A stretch of 64,000 nucleotides of DNA from Octopus sinensis (GCF_006345805.1 NC_043008.1:44516001-44580000); one strand, 5' to 3'; counted from the first letter of the stretch, positions 27,691-40,599 are shown. The notes: a model not told the origin generated them from the letters alone. Numbers and translations: made by a program.

Positions 27691-28248
27691 TTGTTTCTAG
27701 AGAAGTCTAAAGGCTGGTGCTTTGAAGGAGGTGAACTCAACTAATGAAAGATTGAAAAGTTTCCTCTCGACCGAATCCTAACTCGGAAAATAAGCCATAA
27801 CTAAATACAGCAACGTATTTTCTGCAACGGTCTAATAAATTTACCAGTCTTCCACACCACGAAAGGTTTCGGAAATAGGCACAAAATCACAAAAATATTA
27901 CACCGTAAAGGATAAAAGACAAAGTCAACTTCTGTGAAATTTGAACTCAGAACGTAAAGACACACCAAATGCCTCCAGGTCAGTCATATTAACGATTCTC
28001 ATAGCTCAGAGGCTTAACTATCAACTAGAATATTGATTCGTAATTTATATAAATTGTTCATATTGAAATGGTGAAATGCAGAGTTAATCTTAGGAAAGCT
28101 TCGAAGAACCGTGATGCTGGGATTTCTTCCAGCTGTTTACCATATATATTCTAATACCTCTAATTCTACCAAATAATATTCTACAATAGGTATAATACAT
28201 ATTTAGTCCACATACAAATGTATACGTATATAATATATACATTGACCG

Positions 28249-28466
28249 AGGCGTCGAGCTGGCAGAATCGTTAGCACAGCGGGCGAAATGGGTAACGACA
28301 TTTCGTCTGCCGCTACGTTCCGAGTTCAAATTCCGCCGCGTTCGATTTTGCCTGTCGATAAATTAAGTACCAGTTACGCACTGGGGTCGATGTAATCGAC
28401 TTAATCCGTTTGTCTGTCCTTGTTCTCCCCCTCTGTGTTTAGCCCCTTGTGGTTAGTAAAGAAATA
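28249..28466 (+). mobile_element. SINE family B with a perfect 17-bp target-site duplication
   Basis: aatatatacattgaccg occurs at 28232-28248 and 28467-28483. Confidence 0.9.
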
Positions 28467-28483
28467 AATATATACATTGACCG

Positions 28484-28820
28484 TGAAGGCGCAATGGCCC
28501 AGTGGTTAGGGCAGCGTACTCGCGGTTTCGATTCCCAGACCGGGTGTTTTGCGTGTTTATTGAGCGAAAACACCTAAAGCTGCACGAGGCTCCGGCAGGG
28601 GGTGGTGGCGAACTCTGCTGTACCCTTTCACCATAGGTTTAGCTCTTGTTTCTGTTGTACCTGTATTTCAAAGGCCCAGCCTTATCACGCTCTGTGTCAC
28701 GCTGAATCTCCCTGAGAACTACATTAATCGTGCACTGGTCTATGCAGTACTCAACCACCTGCACGTTAATTTCACGAGCAGGCTAGAATCCTCGTTGTCG
28801 TGACCGACGGAGTGTCACGA
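28484..28820 (+). mobile_element. tRNA-derived SINE family C
   Basis: A box tggcccagtggttagg, B box ggtttcgattccc; body matches the reverse complement of 39495-39855. Confidence 0.88.
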
Positions 28821-28861
28821 CATATATTCATTTATATAATACATAATCAGTTCACCTGCAA

Positions 28862-29220
28862 TTTCTTTTATTCTTTCACTTGTTTCTATCATTTGACTGC
28901 GGCCAAGCTGGAGCATCGCCTTAAAGGGTGTTACTCGAAGAAATCACCCCCAAAAGCTTATTCTTTCTAAGCCTAGTATTATTCTATCGGACTATTTTGC
29001 CGAACAGGGATATAAACACACCATCGTCGGTTGTCAAGCGATGAGGAACGACAAACACACACACATATATGCAACGGGTTTCTTCAAGTTTCCCCTCTAC
29101 TAAATCAACTTACGGCTATAGTAGAACACACTTGCATAAGAAGCCACGCTGTGGGATTGAACCCGGAACCATGTGGTTTGGAAGCAAGCTTCTCACTACG
29201 TAGCCACGCTTGCGCCCATG
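28862..29220 (-). mobile_element. SINE family A
   Basis: cttgtttc..catttgactgcggcc..gctggagca through gtgggattgaacccggaacc. Confidence 0.85.
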
Positions 29221-30081
29221 TATATGTATATAATATAAAGATGCGCGTGCACTACAAAATACGTGTGTCTGTATGTCCGTTATCGAAGTGGTATGTGTGT
29301 GTGTGTGTGTGGACATATGTATATGACAGCTGTCATTTCTATTTTTACAAGAGGAATTATTGTGAAAAACTTTCATAAATGCATGATTTATATATTTATG
29401 CAAAATGTTCACATTCTACATATTCTTTATCCTTATGACAATAGCGCCCTCTTTGTTTTCATTTCCCGATATCTATATAATATAACTGGGTCAGAATCTT
29501 TGAAAAACCTTTCAAATACTCTCGTGAACACTGTTGTTTATGATAATGCATGCGTGTTATCCAGAACAGTCTTATCAACATATGGCGAAAACGAGAGTCG
29601 GCCATTGTGTTTGACTAACACCTCTCCTCGCCATCTTGCGAATCACTGTCCAAATTTTTACTCTAAAGACCTATTGATCTGCAGCATAATTCAATAAGAA
29701 ATAAATTCTATGCGTATTCATATAATCGATAATTGAAAGAAAATGGATGAAATTCATTGAATCAATAAAAATATATTATCCATAACTTATCATTATTGTA
29801 CAGAAGAATACAGGATATTCTAGAGTACAATGAGATTTGAGAGCCATTATTATCGAATGGACGATGTTTTTAATTCCCTCCCAACCGTCCACCCGCCATC
29901 TATTAATTAATAGGTGGAGGCAAGTGTCTGAAGAAAACCAATAAAAAATATGTGTAATTTCTAAATACAAATATATGTAATTCCTCATACCAAAAAAAAT
30001 ATGGATTTAAATTTTTCTAAAATCAAATAAACGACAGAATTATTAGGAAGAAATAACATCATACATATATGTGTGAATGTA

Positions 30082-30112
<31 letters not shown>

Positions 30113-31050
30113 GTGTGTGTGTGTGTATACATATATATTCGTATAGATACATATCAAATTATAACATTTAAATGGTAATGCCAAATATAGTAAAGAATGA
30201 GAACATAAGAATGAGCTAAAGTGAATTACGCTACGGTGTTTGTTTACATACACAGCAAAGATATCAGCTCAACATAATTGACAATTTCTAAAATAATTTA
30301 AGTAGAGGTAAAAAAAAAGAAGCTTTAGAATATAGGCGTGGACCGTCATATTTAAAACGTTCGTGTAGTCAAACGTGAGGTGATCATTTGTGGCAGAAAG
30401 AGTCTCGAGAGAAAATTCTCTTCGTCAACAACGTGTGAAAGCATATTGATGGATGATGAACGATGCCATCGTATGGCAGAGCACATGAGCTTATCGTTGA
30501 TTGATCAGCTACGGACGAGAGGTCAATTTTTCATAGTCTTCTAAGCACAGTAGTTCTTATAGTAAATTTAGCACTCGGATGTGGAAAGAACTACCATTGC
30601 GGGAACAGCATCGGGAGAAAATTCTCCTTATAAACAATATGTGTGATAACATGTTATACTATTTGTCTTTATGCATAAGAACGATCTTTAGGAGAAAGTT
30701 ATGAATGACTGATTTCGTGCCAGTCGCTGGTGATGCGTAACACCGCATTATTCCACGATCCAATGATATTATTCAGAGCACACTGATGTGTTATCACAGA
30801 AGAGAAATTTCCGGCCTAGATTTTTTTCTGCAGTGAAAGTTATTCCTACGGGAGAATGTTCACGAAAGTTTTCAATATATGTGCGCAAGCGTTGCTTTGT
30901 GGTAAGAAGATCGATTCAAAAATCACATGATTCCTAGATCAGCCCCGTGGCGAAGTACCTAGGGTAGGTGTCTTTTATTATAGCCACGGGCCAACTAAAT
31001 CTATGTGAGAGCATATTGTTTGTGGAAACTGAAAGAAGCACTACGTATAT

Positions 31051-31245
31051 ATACGAGGGATTTCTGAAAAGATCCTGACATTAAAACTATTCCGAAAGGC
31101 TTGGTTGGAGGCTTAAACTTTCGTGTTCTTTCACAAGGCTTAGAAAAACTGAAGGATTGCAGAAATTAGTGTGCAAATCTACGAGGGGAATATGTTGAAT
31201 AAAGCCATAATTAAATAAGCCTCCAGCATTTTCTTTTACACAAAC
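31051..31245 (+). mobile_element. Mariner-derived non-autonomous remnant
   Basis: Starts ta|tacgaggg (mariner-type TIR start); encodes a transposase-like C-terminus GLEKLKDCRN*CANLRGEYVE*. Confidence 0.6.
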
Positions 31246-31691
31246 CATATATATATATGTATCAATTCAAATAAGCCAACAATTCACGTAAACGGATAAA
31301 AAAACGAGAGAAAGAAGAAAACCGGAGACAGATGTGACCATTAACCTCATGGTTCATCCAAGGCTAGGACCACGGCGCCATACGTCCCTTGCCCAATTCA
31401 GTATCACACCATATAGGTACACTGCAACATAATTTTCTTTCCTTAATAGGCCCTGCCCTGTTTAACATTGTCTCGAAAGGGATCAAAGAGGAAAAGGTTG
31501 GATAAATTAAATACCAGTTACTTACTGGGGTAGATCTAATCGACTTAATCTCTTTGTCTCTCCTTATTTGTCTCCTCTATGTTTAGCCCCATGTGGCCAA
31601 TAAAGAAATACATATTTAGAAAATAGTCTAAGGCGGTGAGCTAGCAGAAACCTTAGTGCGCCGGTAAAAATGCTTAGTGGTATATATATGT

Positions 31692-31922
31692 ATGGTGTGG
31701 ATGTGGGTTTCTTTAAAACTAAACTGGATCTCTTCTTGTCGGGAGTCCCAGATGAACCTACCTCACGAAAGGAGACTCGGTTGCGGGCAGCATCATCGAA
31801 CTCCCTTGATCAAGTGCCACGTATCAGAGGTAGATTCACAAATTAGTGTAGCTCATTCAGCGGTGGTGCCCCAGCATGGCCGCGGCCTTCGGGCTGAAAC
31901 ATTTTTAAGGATTTAAGGATTT
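31692..31922 (+). mobile_element. 5'-truncated CR1/L2-group LINE 3' end
   Basis: Close match to 51408-51622 (GVDVGFFKTKLDLFLSGVPDEP); short tandem tttaagga tail. Confidence 0.85.
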
Positions 31923-32759
31923 ATATATATATATATACATATATACATATACATATATATATATATACAAAGATATGTATGTGCGTAAGTATATGTATAT
32001 TATATGGATTGTTTACAAAATGCATTTATCTTTTTGGCGTTGAGGCTGCTTTTTCTCTTCGATGCAAAAGCAGACTTTGGTTTTATATTCAGATGTATAT
32101 CGATATTTGAAAATGAAAATAATATAAAATTACGTCTTCCCGTAAAAGTCTGCAAATAAATTTTGTGGATGTTTAAATTTTTAGCATGAGTTAAAACGAA
32201 AAACAAAAATATGAAAACGTTTGGACATCAAAGATTCATCAACGTTAAAACTACAAATATGTAACTAAGATCTGACGAGAGGAATATATCAGAAAACTGT
32301 AAGGGAAAAGCGAATAAAAAAAGAAAACAAGAAAAAAACTATTCCCATATTAATGAAACTCTCTACATCAGCAAAGAAATGTTTCAGGTTAAAATATTCA
32401 AAGACAGGTGAGGAATACGTAAGTGATATATTACTGCTGATACAGCGGTTTTCGGTGCTGAATTTTTATTTCAAAATAGATTTCGAACTAAGTGCAACAG
32501 TTAAATAAGTAGCTTTATATGCAAACTTACAGAGGTTTATGTCAAACAGGTGTTCGCATTGCGTGTGAGGAAAACGATGATAAGTCGACAAAAACATGCG
32601 ATTTGGAAACGATATTCATTATACTCTTCATTCCAGAAGAATCTGAAGAATATGATGCAAATGGATTTCAGGAGAGTAAATTTAAAATATATATTCACGT
32701 GTAAAAACAACATCAATATATATTACTGAGTGACTCTGATGCACACACGTATGTATGTA

Positions 32760-33243
32760 TTTTTTTTTACTTGTTTCAGTCATTTGACTGCGACCATGCT
32801 GGAGCACCGCATTTAGTCGAGCAAATCGACCCCGGGACTTATTCTTTATAAACTCAGTACTTATTCTATCGGTCTCTTTTGCCGAACCGCTAAGTGACGG
32901 GGACGTAAACACACCAGCATCAGTTGTCAAGCAATGCTAGGGGAACAAACACAGACACACAAACACACGCATATATATATATATATATATATAATATTTA
33001 TAATATATAATATATATATATAATATATATATAATATATTAAATTTATTCCCTAATATTTATTATATATATATATATGCGACAGGCTTCTTTCAGTTTCC
33101 GTCTACCAAATCCACTCACAAAGCATTGGTCGGCCCGGGGCTATAGCAGAAGACACTTGCCCAAGATGCCACGCAGTGGGACTGAACCCGGAAGCATGTG
33201 GTTGGTTAGCAATCTACTTACCACACAGCCACTCCTGCGCCTA
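32760..33243 (-). mobile_element. Near full-length SINE family A with internal (AT)n
   Basis: Nearly identical to 36640-37137. Confidence 0.93.
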
Positions 33244-33339
33244 TACGTATGTATGTATACATTTATGTATAAATATAATATGTATATACATATAGAAAGG
33301 TAGATATATTCTACGCATATATGTATATATATGTATAGC

Positions 33340-33530
33340 ACACCGGGCAAAATTCGTAGCGGTATTTCGTCTTTCTTTACGTTCTGAGTTCAAATTCCGC
33401 CGAGGTCTACTTTGCCTTTCATCCTTTCGGGAGTCGATAAATTAAGTACCAGTTACGTACTGGGGTCCATCTCATCGACTGCTCCCATTCCCCAAAATTG
33501 CGGGTCTTGTGGCTACCGTAGAAAAGAAAT
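33340..33530 (+). mobile_element. SINE family B; close copy at 35220-35385
   Basis: Core plus short tail; shares diagnostic gtctactttg and cgggagtcg variants with 35220-35385. Confidence 0.88.
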
Positions 33531-33549
33531 ATATATATATATATATATA

Positions 33550-33710
33550 TATACGACGGGCTTATTTAAGTTTTTGTCAACCAAATCCATTCACAAGGAT
33601 TTGGTTGGCTCGAGGCTATAGCAAAAAGCGCTTACCCAAGATGCCCCGCAGTGGGACTGACCAACGAACCATGTGGTTGGGAAGCAAATTTCTTACCGCA
33701 GAACCAAAGT
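33550..33710 (-). mobile_element. SINE family A, 5' half
   Basis: tacgacgggctt..caaatcca..cccaagatgcc..gcagtgggactga. Confidence 0.85.
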
Positions 33711-33843
33711 TATACAGACAGTCAATTAGACAGACCGACAGATAGATAGATATACCCTTATATATATGGGAACATATATGTATGCATACACCCATACGCG
33801 TTCGTGCGCTTGCACACACATACACAAACACACGTATATAATT

Positions 33844-33883
<40 letters not shown>

Positions 33884-35660
33884 ATATATACACACATATA
33901 TATATACATACATACATGTATATTGAGAGTTAATCATATAGATGTATGTGTGTGTGAATTAGAAAGTTTTGCAGGCGACTTCTACTTGAAAAAGCACACC
34001 ATTCCTTTGCTTCCATAATAACTGTTGAGATTTGTTGATTTTGCAGCATTCTGCGCCTGCGCCAACCGTTGTCTTCATAAGTAAACTTACCGTCCGTATT
34101 TGTCTATTTTAGCGAATTTTCAAATACATCTAAAATTAATCATACTTATCTTCTTATTTTACGGTAGAAGGTAATTTATTTTGAACTTTCAATTATACAA
34201 GCTGCTCATACCTCGCTATCGTGGCAACAATACAACATTTTCTGTTGCAGTTTCTATCCAACTGACAAATGAATAATCGTCTTAGACGAGGCACATTACA
34301 ATACTTACGTTTCGTAGATCTCGTACCAAGTTCCGTTCCTATGTACTTGAGTCATGCGCAATGGTAATTATACAGATACTCAGACAACGTTTCAATTCTT
34401 GAATATCAAGAGAAATATTTAATCATTATCAAATTAATTATATTTCAGTAGTTGGGTTTCGCATTTCTGAAGTACTTTTGGTTACATCCGAAATCGAGGC
34501 AGGAAATGCTTCTCTTCAACAATCCTAAAGATAAATTACTTTTCCTCCATTTTTAACATGTACGATGCAGACATTCTCATTCATGCTTCAATGACGATTG
34601 CATCATTGAATGGGAACGCTTCTTTCAATTTGTCATGGAATTTAATTGTCCCAGCGGTCAGAATACTTAGCAGTGAGTAATTATCTCTATATTTCAACAA
34701 TGTTCTCTATGTAATAAAATGGACACTGCTAAGCAATTCATTGAAAATTTAAATCTCTTATTTCTAGGAAAATAAACACCAGATTAGGCCCAATCTAAAA
34801 ATTACTAAACGAAATAAAAACGTCAGTATAGAACATTAATCAAAACTTGTTCGATTTTGAGAAGATATTTTGATGAATAATACGACGGTTGAGACAAGTG
34901 GAACGACGATGTGGATGTTGAAGTCTTTACCAGCAAAATTTACTAACCGTGTAGACGAATAGGCAAAGGCACCAGCCCCCTAGACCCAAAATCAAGAAGG
35001 TGTCTATATTGCACACTTTGTTCTTTTGTAGTTTAGACGGTGGACTGTAATTGCTATTTTTTGCACTATCAACGTTCGATTTTTAACAACCAGAATGAAT
35101 TTTAAATCCGTGACGCACGAACGACATTATCTAAAGTGTCATCTACAAGGGGTGAAAATACACCACGCCGTGGAGGCATGCGCCTTCATATACATACATG
35201 CTCTCCACACACTCACGTGTAGCGATATTTCGTCTTTCTTCACGTTCTGAGTTCAAATTCCGCCGAGGTCTACTTTGCCTTTCATCCTTTCGGGAGTCGA
35301 TAAATTAAATACCAGTTACGTACTGGGGTCAATCTCATCGACTGCACCCATTCCCCAAAATTTCGGGTCTTGTGCCTACTCACACATGCATGCACACAGA
35401 CACATACACCCGATCTAATATATGTGTGTGTGTGTATCTGTATGGTAGGAAGCTTACTTTCCCAACACGTGTCTGTGCGTGTGTGCGTGTGCGTGCGAGT
35501 GTATGGGAGCGAGTGTATATGTAATATTTCCAGTGTGTATGTGTGAGAGTGTGGGTGCGTGATTTTGCGTCACTACACCCTTACGCTGGTTACTGTGAGT
35601 GGCAGATACGTAGCATGATATTTGGCGTGTATGTATGCATGTATGTATGTATATATATAT

Positions 35661-35696
<36 letters not shown>

Positions 35697-36100
35697 GGCG
35701 CAGGAATTGCTGTGTGGTATAAAGATTAGTTCCCAACCAAATGGTTCCGTGTTCAGTCTCGTTGAATGGCACCTTAGGCAGGTTTCTTCTACCATGACCT
35801 CGAGCCGATCAATGCCTCGTAAGTGGATTTGGTAAACGGAAGCTGAAAGAAGCCCATCGTATGTGTGCGTTTGAGTGTGTGTGTGTGTGTGTGTTTCTGT
35901 GACTGTGCTTTTACTCTCACCATCGATTGACGACCGATGTTGGTGTGTTTACGTCCCCGTAACCTAGCGGTTGGGTAAAAAGGAACAAGTGAAAGGCTTG
36001 CAATGAATAAGTCATGGGGACAATTTGTTCGATTAAAGCTGGTGCCCCAGTATGGCCGCAGTCAAATGACTGAAACAAGTTCAAGAATAAGAGAATTAAG
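35697..36100 (+). mobile_element. SINE family A
   Basis: Head ggcgcaggaattgctgtgtggta to tail gtcaaatgactgaaacaag. Confidence 0.9.
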
Positions 36101-36189
36101 AATTATGATCTTCGGAGTGAAGGCGTGCATGATGCTTAACATGTGTACATGATATTTATATAGTGTGTGTGTACTTGTGTAGGAGCGAG

Positions 36190-36227
<38 letters not shown>

Positions 36228-36639
36228 CATGTGTACGGCTCAGTGTTTCTTTATATTTTCGATAAACTGCAAATACTTCAGTCGCAATAATTAATTTGAA
36301 AGTAGGTTTAATTAACCTGTAAATACACACACGTCTGTGAATATATCTAACATAGTTCCAAAGTGAAACTAATGCTACAAAATATGTGAGAAAAGACGAT
36401 ATTTGATTAACCGGAACCAACGCTGCGATGCATTTTCCGTCAATCATATTTCCGATAAAATGATTTTGGATAGAGAAGTGAGTACGAGAAAAAGAATTAA
36501 ATACAGCGTGCGATCACACACACAGATATATATTCCGTGAGAACACACACATACATACATAATCACACACATATATGCATGCATATACATACCCGCTCGA
36601 TCAATTACACATAACTAAATTTATATTTGAGTATGCTCT

Positions 36640-36861
36640 TTCTCTCTTTTCTCTCTTTTACTTGTTTCAGTCATTTGACTGCGGCCATGCTGGAGCACCG
36701 CCTTTAGTCGAGCAAATCGACCCCGGGACTTATTATTTGTAAGCCCAGTACTTATTTTATCGGTCTCTTTTGCCGAACCGCTAAGTGACGGGGACGTAAA
36801 CACACCAGCATCGGTTGTCAAGCAATGCTGGAGGACAAACACAGACATACAAACATACACG

Positions 36862-36897
<36 letters not shown>

Positions 36898-36919
36898 GAT
36901 ATATATATATATATATATA

Positions 36920-36974
<55 letters not shown>

Positions 36975-37137
36975 GACGGGCTTCTTTCAGTTTCCGTCTA
37001 CCAAATCCACTCACAAGGCTTTTGTCGGCCCGAGGCTATAGTTGAAGACACTTGCCCAAGGTGCCACGCAGTGGGACTGAACCCGGAACCGTGTGGTTGG
37101 TAAACAAGCTACTTACCACACAGCCACTCCTGCGCCA
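36640..37137 (-). mobile_element. Full-length, young-looking SINE family A with internal (AT)n/(AC)n
   Basis: Complete head (ggcgcaggagtggctgtgtggtaag, gggttcagtccc), accttgggcaag CORE-like block, and tail. Confidence 0.95.
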
Positions 37138-37157
37138 TATGTATGCGTATATTTATA

Positions 37158-37539
37158 TACAAAGTTTCCCAGAAAGTGATTAAAACTCTTCTTAGAAATA
37201 TCGGTTCAGGTAATACTATCAACATTTTACATAAAATTTTGCGAATGTCTTTTGTTCCTGTTTTTATTGTTTTGTTCGTCTATAACAGGTTTGGAAACAA
37301 AGATGGCGTCGAAAGCTCAACGTGACCGGATTGTTGCTTTGAAAACATCTAGAGTGAGCAACAAGGATGTGGCCCAACAGTTGAATGTGTGCCGCCGAAC
37401 AATGTTCAATATCTGGAAACGGTATATGGTTTCTGCTACTACCACTAGCGAGCCAATTCCTGGTAACGAACGTTCAATTCGTACTAAACAAACGGTTGAA
37501 GCTGTAAAGAAGCGAATGAACCAATATTCCTGTAGGAGT
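37158..37539 (+). mobile_element. Tc1/mariner-superfamily transposon 5' end with N-terminal HTH of the transposase (ATG at 37303), truncated by a SINE
   Basis: TIR-like ta|tacaaagtttcccagaaa; MASKAQRDRIVALKTSRVSNKDVAQQLNVCRRTMFNIWKRY...PGNERSIRT (HTH and GRPR-like motif). Confidence 0.8.
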
Positions 37540-37780
37540 AAGGCGTTGAGCGGGCAGAAACTTTATCACGCTGGGTGAAATTCTTAGCGGTATTTTGTCT
37601 GCTGTTACGTTCTGAGTTCAAAATTCCGCCGAGGTCGACTTTGCCTTTCATCCTTTTGGAGTCGATAAATTAAGTACCATTTACGCACTCGGGTCGATAT
37701 AATCGACTTAATTCGTCTGTTTGTCCTTGTTTGTTTCCTCTGCGTTTAGCCGCTTGTGGGTAGTAAAGAAATAGGTATTC
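37540..37780 (+). mobile_element. SINE family B
   Basis: Head, core and long module ending gtagtaaagaaataggtatt. Confidence 0.9.
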
Positions 37781-38788
37781 ACTTTACAATCGGTTAGGCC
37801 TATACACACACACACAGATAGACATACATGCATACATAGAAAGGCAGAAAGGGACTAAGGAAAACATATGCGTGTGCTGATGGTGGTGGTGGTGGTGGTG
37901 GTGACTACTTCAATTTAAACCGTTAATCTTTGCGAGGAACAACTTGAGAGCATGGATGCACACCTTCACATTTCACTCCCATAGCTTTCTTGATCCGAAG
38001 CTTAACAAGGAGGATATTTTTCGTACATTCAAAACTTGTTTTTATATATCTCTCATTCCTGTATATTTCTGCTACAAATAAAAAACAATCTTACTTCCAT
38101 TTCTTCTTGAAATAATCATTAGCTTTTTAAGACCTACACAAACTTACAAGTAGATTGTTATCATTTTCTCGTCTATTTGAACTATATGTACACGTAAGAA
38201 TTTCAAATATGTCAAAATGGTACAAGAATCTCCTTAGAAATACTTCATGATTTATTTCTGTTGACCTTTTGTTGCCAAAGTGTCATACTCTCATCAAACC
38301 ATTTTCCAAAGTTCTTTTTCTATTTTTGAATTATGTGTGTTTCATGTTCTTATAACGGTTTTTCTTCTCTTCATATGTTTATCGATTTCGCTAAATATGT
38401 CCGACTGATGATTGTAGCATCTATCATATACTTCATTTGATCAAAAATAATTTTTATGTGATACTGTTCTTTCGCAAACTTTCGGCGTTCCTTTATTCGG
38501 AAAAATGTACGCAAAGGAAAAGCATGTTAAATAATACAAGACTGAAATATATCCCAACATGATTTAACCTAATTTGATCTGTTCACCATGTTTCAGTTCG
38601 ATTGTTTTGATTTTTTTTTTGTAGTTTTTTTGTCTTCATTTTCATACAGTTCTGCACTTTTCATCAACTTGAGTGTGTTCTGCTATAGCACCGGGCAAAC
38701 CAGTAAATCCGTTGGTCAGAAACTTTGTAGAAGGCAGAGAGCAGTGAATGTAATCAAAGTGGCATTGGGGTAAAATATACGAAGTCCA

Positions 38789-38819
<31 letters not shown>

Positions 38820-38820
<1 letters not shown>

Positions 38821-39290
38821 GCCCACAGATAGGATCATCAGTTGAGATGTATCCTGGAGACAGCTGGACAAATTTAATACTGGGACCCAACGGAAGGATC
38901 CAGCATTTGCTAATCGTAAGAATATTGTCTTTCATCACGACAATGCCATGTCGAACACTTCTATGCATGCGCGGCAGAAATTACTGGGACTTGACTGAGA
39001 CGTTCTACAGTACACCTCATATTCCCCCGACCTTGTCCCTCCAAATTTCCTCCTGTTTTAGTCTCTGCAATCTTCTTTGAACAGACAGACCTTCAAATCT
39101 GAAGAGGATATAAAATTTCTCATAGCATGATTTTCATCAGAAAAGATTGGAAATTCTTCAAGCAAGAAAACATGGATCTGCTCGTCACAATATGGCAGAA
39201 AATACTAGAATAACACGGCAGTTACATATACCATTGTTTGAATAAATTTCTTTGAGTATAAAAATTGCATGTTATTTTCCCCAAAAAGAA
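38820..39290 (+). mobile_element. Mariner transposase C-terminal (DDD domain) pseudogene
   Basis: NRKNIVFHHDNA...QKLLGLD*DVLQYTSYSPDLVPPNFLLF*SLQSSLN...WQKILE: HDNA and YSPDL motifs, several stops. Confidence 0.9.
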
Positions 39291-39494
39291 AAAAAAACAG
39301 ACACAATAGCAAAGTGGAACGGAATTTCGCAATTGTTTATCAGTTTTCCAGAGATTATTTTAATGAAAACCAATCTATCATTTTAATCTCGTAGAATTAA
39401 ATGCTATTTCGACAACTCTACAGCAATAAGTTGGATGTACTTTGCATAGCAAGTAACAACCATCGTGATATACGTTAAGACTAGATAGGATTAG

Positions 39495-39855
39495 ATGGTA
39501 CTCCGTCGGTTACGACGACGAGTGTTCCAGTTAATCCGATCAACAGAACAGCCTGCTCGTGAAATTAACGTGCGAGTGGCTGAGCATTCCACAGACACGT
39601 GTACCCTTAACGTAGTTCTCGGGGAGATTCAGCGTGACACAAGGCTGGCCCTTTGAAATACGGGTACAAAAGAAACATGAAGAAAGAGTGAGTGAAAGTT
39701 GTGATGAAAGAGTACAGCAGGGTTCGCCACCGGAGCCTCGCGGAGCTTTATGTGTTTTCGCTCAACAAATACTCCCAACGACGGTTTGGAAATCGAAACC
39801 GCGATCCTAATACCGCGAGACCACTGCCCTAACCACTGGGCCATTGCGCCTCCAC
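39495..39855 (-). mobile_element. tRNA-derived SINE family C
   Basis: Reverse complement starts ggaggcgcaatggcccagtggttagggcag; body matches 28484-28820. Confidence 0.9.
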
Positions 39856-40222
39856 ATACCTTAAGATAGAGAATATACAAAAGCAGTGAGATGAAGAATC
39901 ATATAAAGAGAGAAAAGTTTCATCGTTATCTCTATACATTTTCTATGGACTTCAGAGTCAGCGCTATCCGTTACGAGGTTTCGTTTACAAATGCGTCTCA
40001 GTATATTTTCTATTTTTCTTTCTGCGAATGCAGTCGTTACACAGACGTTTTTGTTAACGCATTTCTTTACAAAATGTTGTAATTTACAGCGCTGGCTTTT
40101 AATTCTATACAGAACTTATAGAGATAAACTTAAAAAATAAAATTATATCAGCGATCAAAAACGGTAGCATACAGTATTGACTGAATAAACATACTATATA
40201 TATATACATACATATATATACT

Positions 40223-40298
<76 letters not shown>

Positions 40299-40305
40299 AT
40301 AGATA
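40223..40305. repeat. (GATA)n microsatellite
   Basis: Direct reading. Confidence 0.95.
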
Positions 40306-40460
40306 GAGAGAGAGAGAGTGAGAGAGAGAAGTAGGTAGGTAGATATGCTTATGTATGTAGGTATATACAGTAGTGTATTGTCGTGAAAAGACGAAATGCT
40401 GTTGTCATGCCGGCAATTTAAGGAAGTAAAGTTACTACGTAGGATAGAATCTATTCACAA

Positions 40461-40502
<42 letters not shown>

Positions 40503-40520
40503 TTCTTCCACATACATATG

Positions 40521-40579
<59 letters not shown>

Positions 40580-40599
40580 ATGTATGTATGTATACATAT

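Noticed and set aside
34978-35040. Imperfect hairpin containing tattgcac (miR-92 seed)
   Set aside because: The seed lies in the loop and the remainder does not match miR-92.
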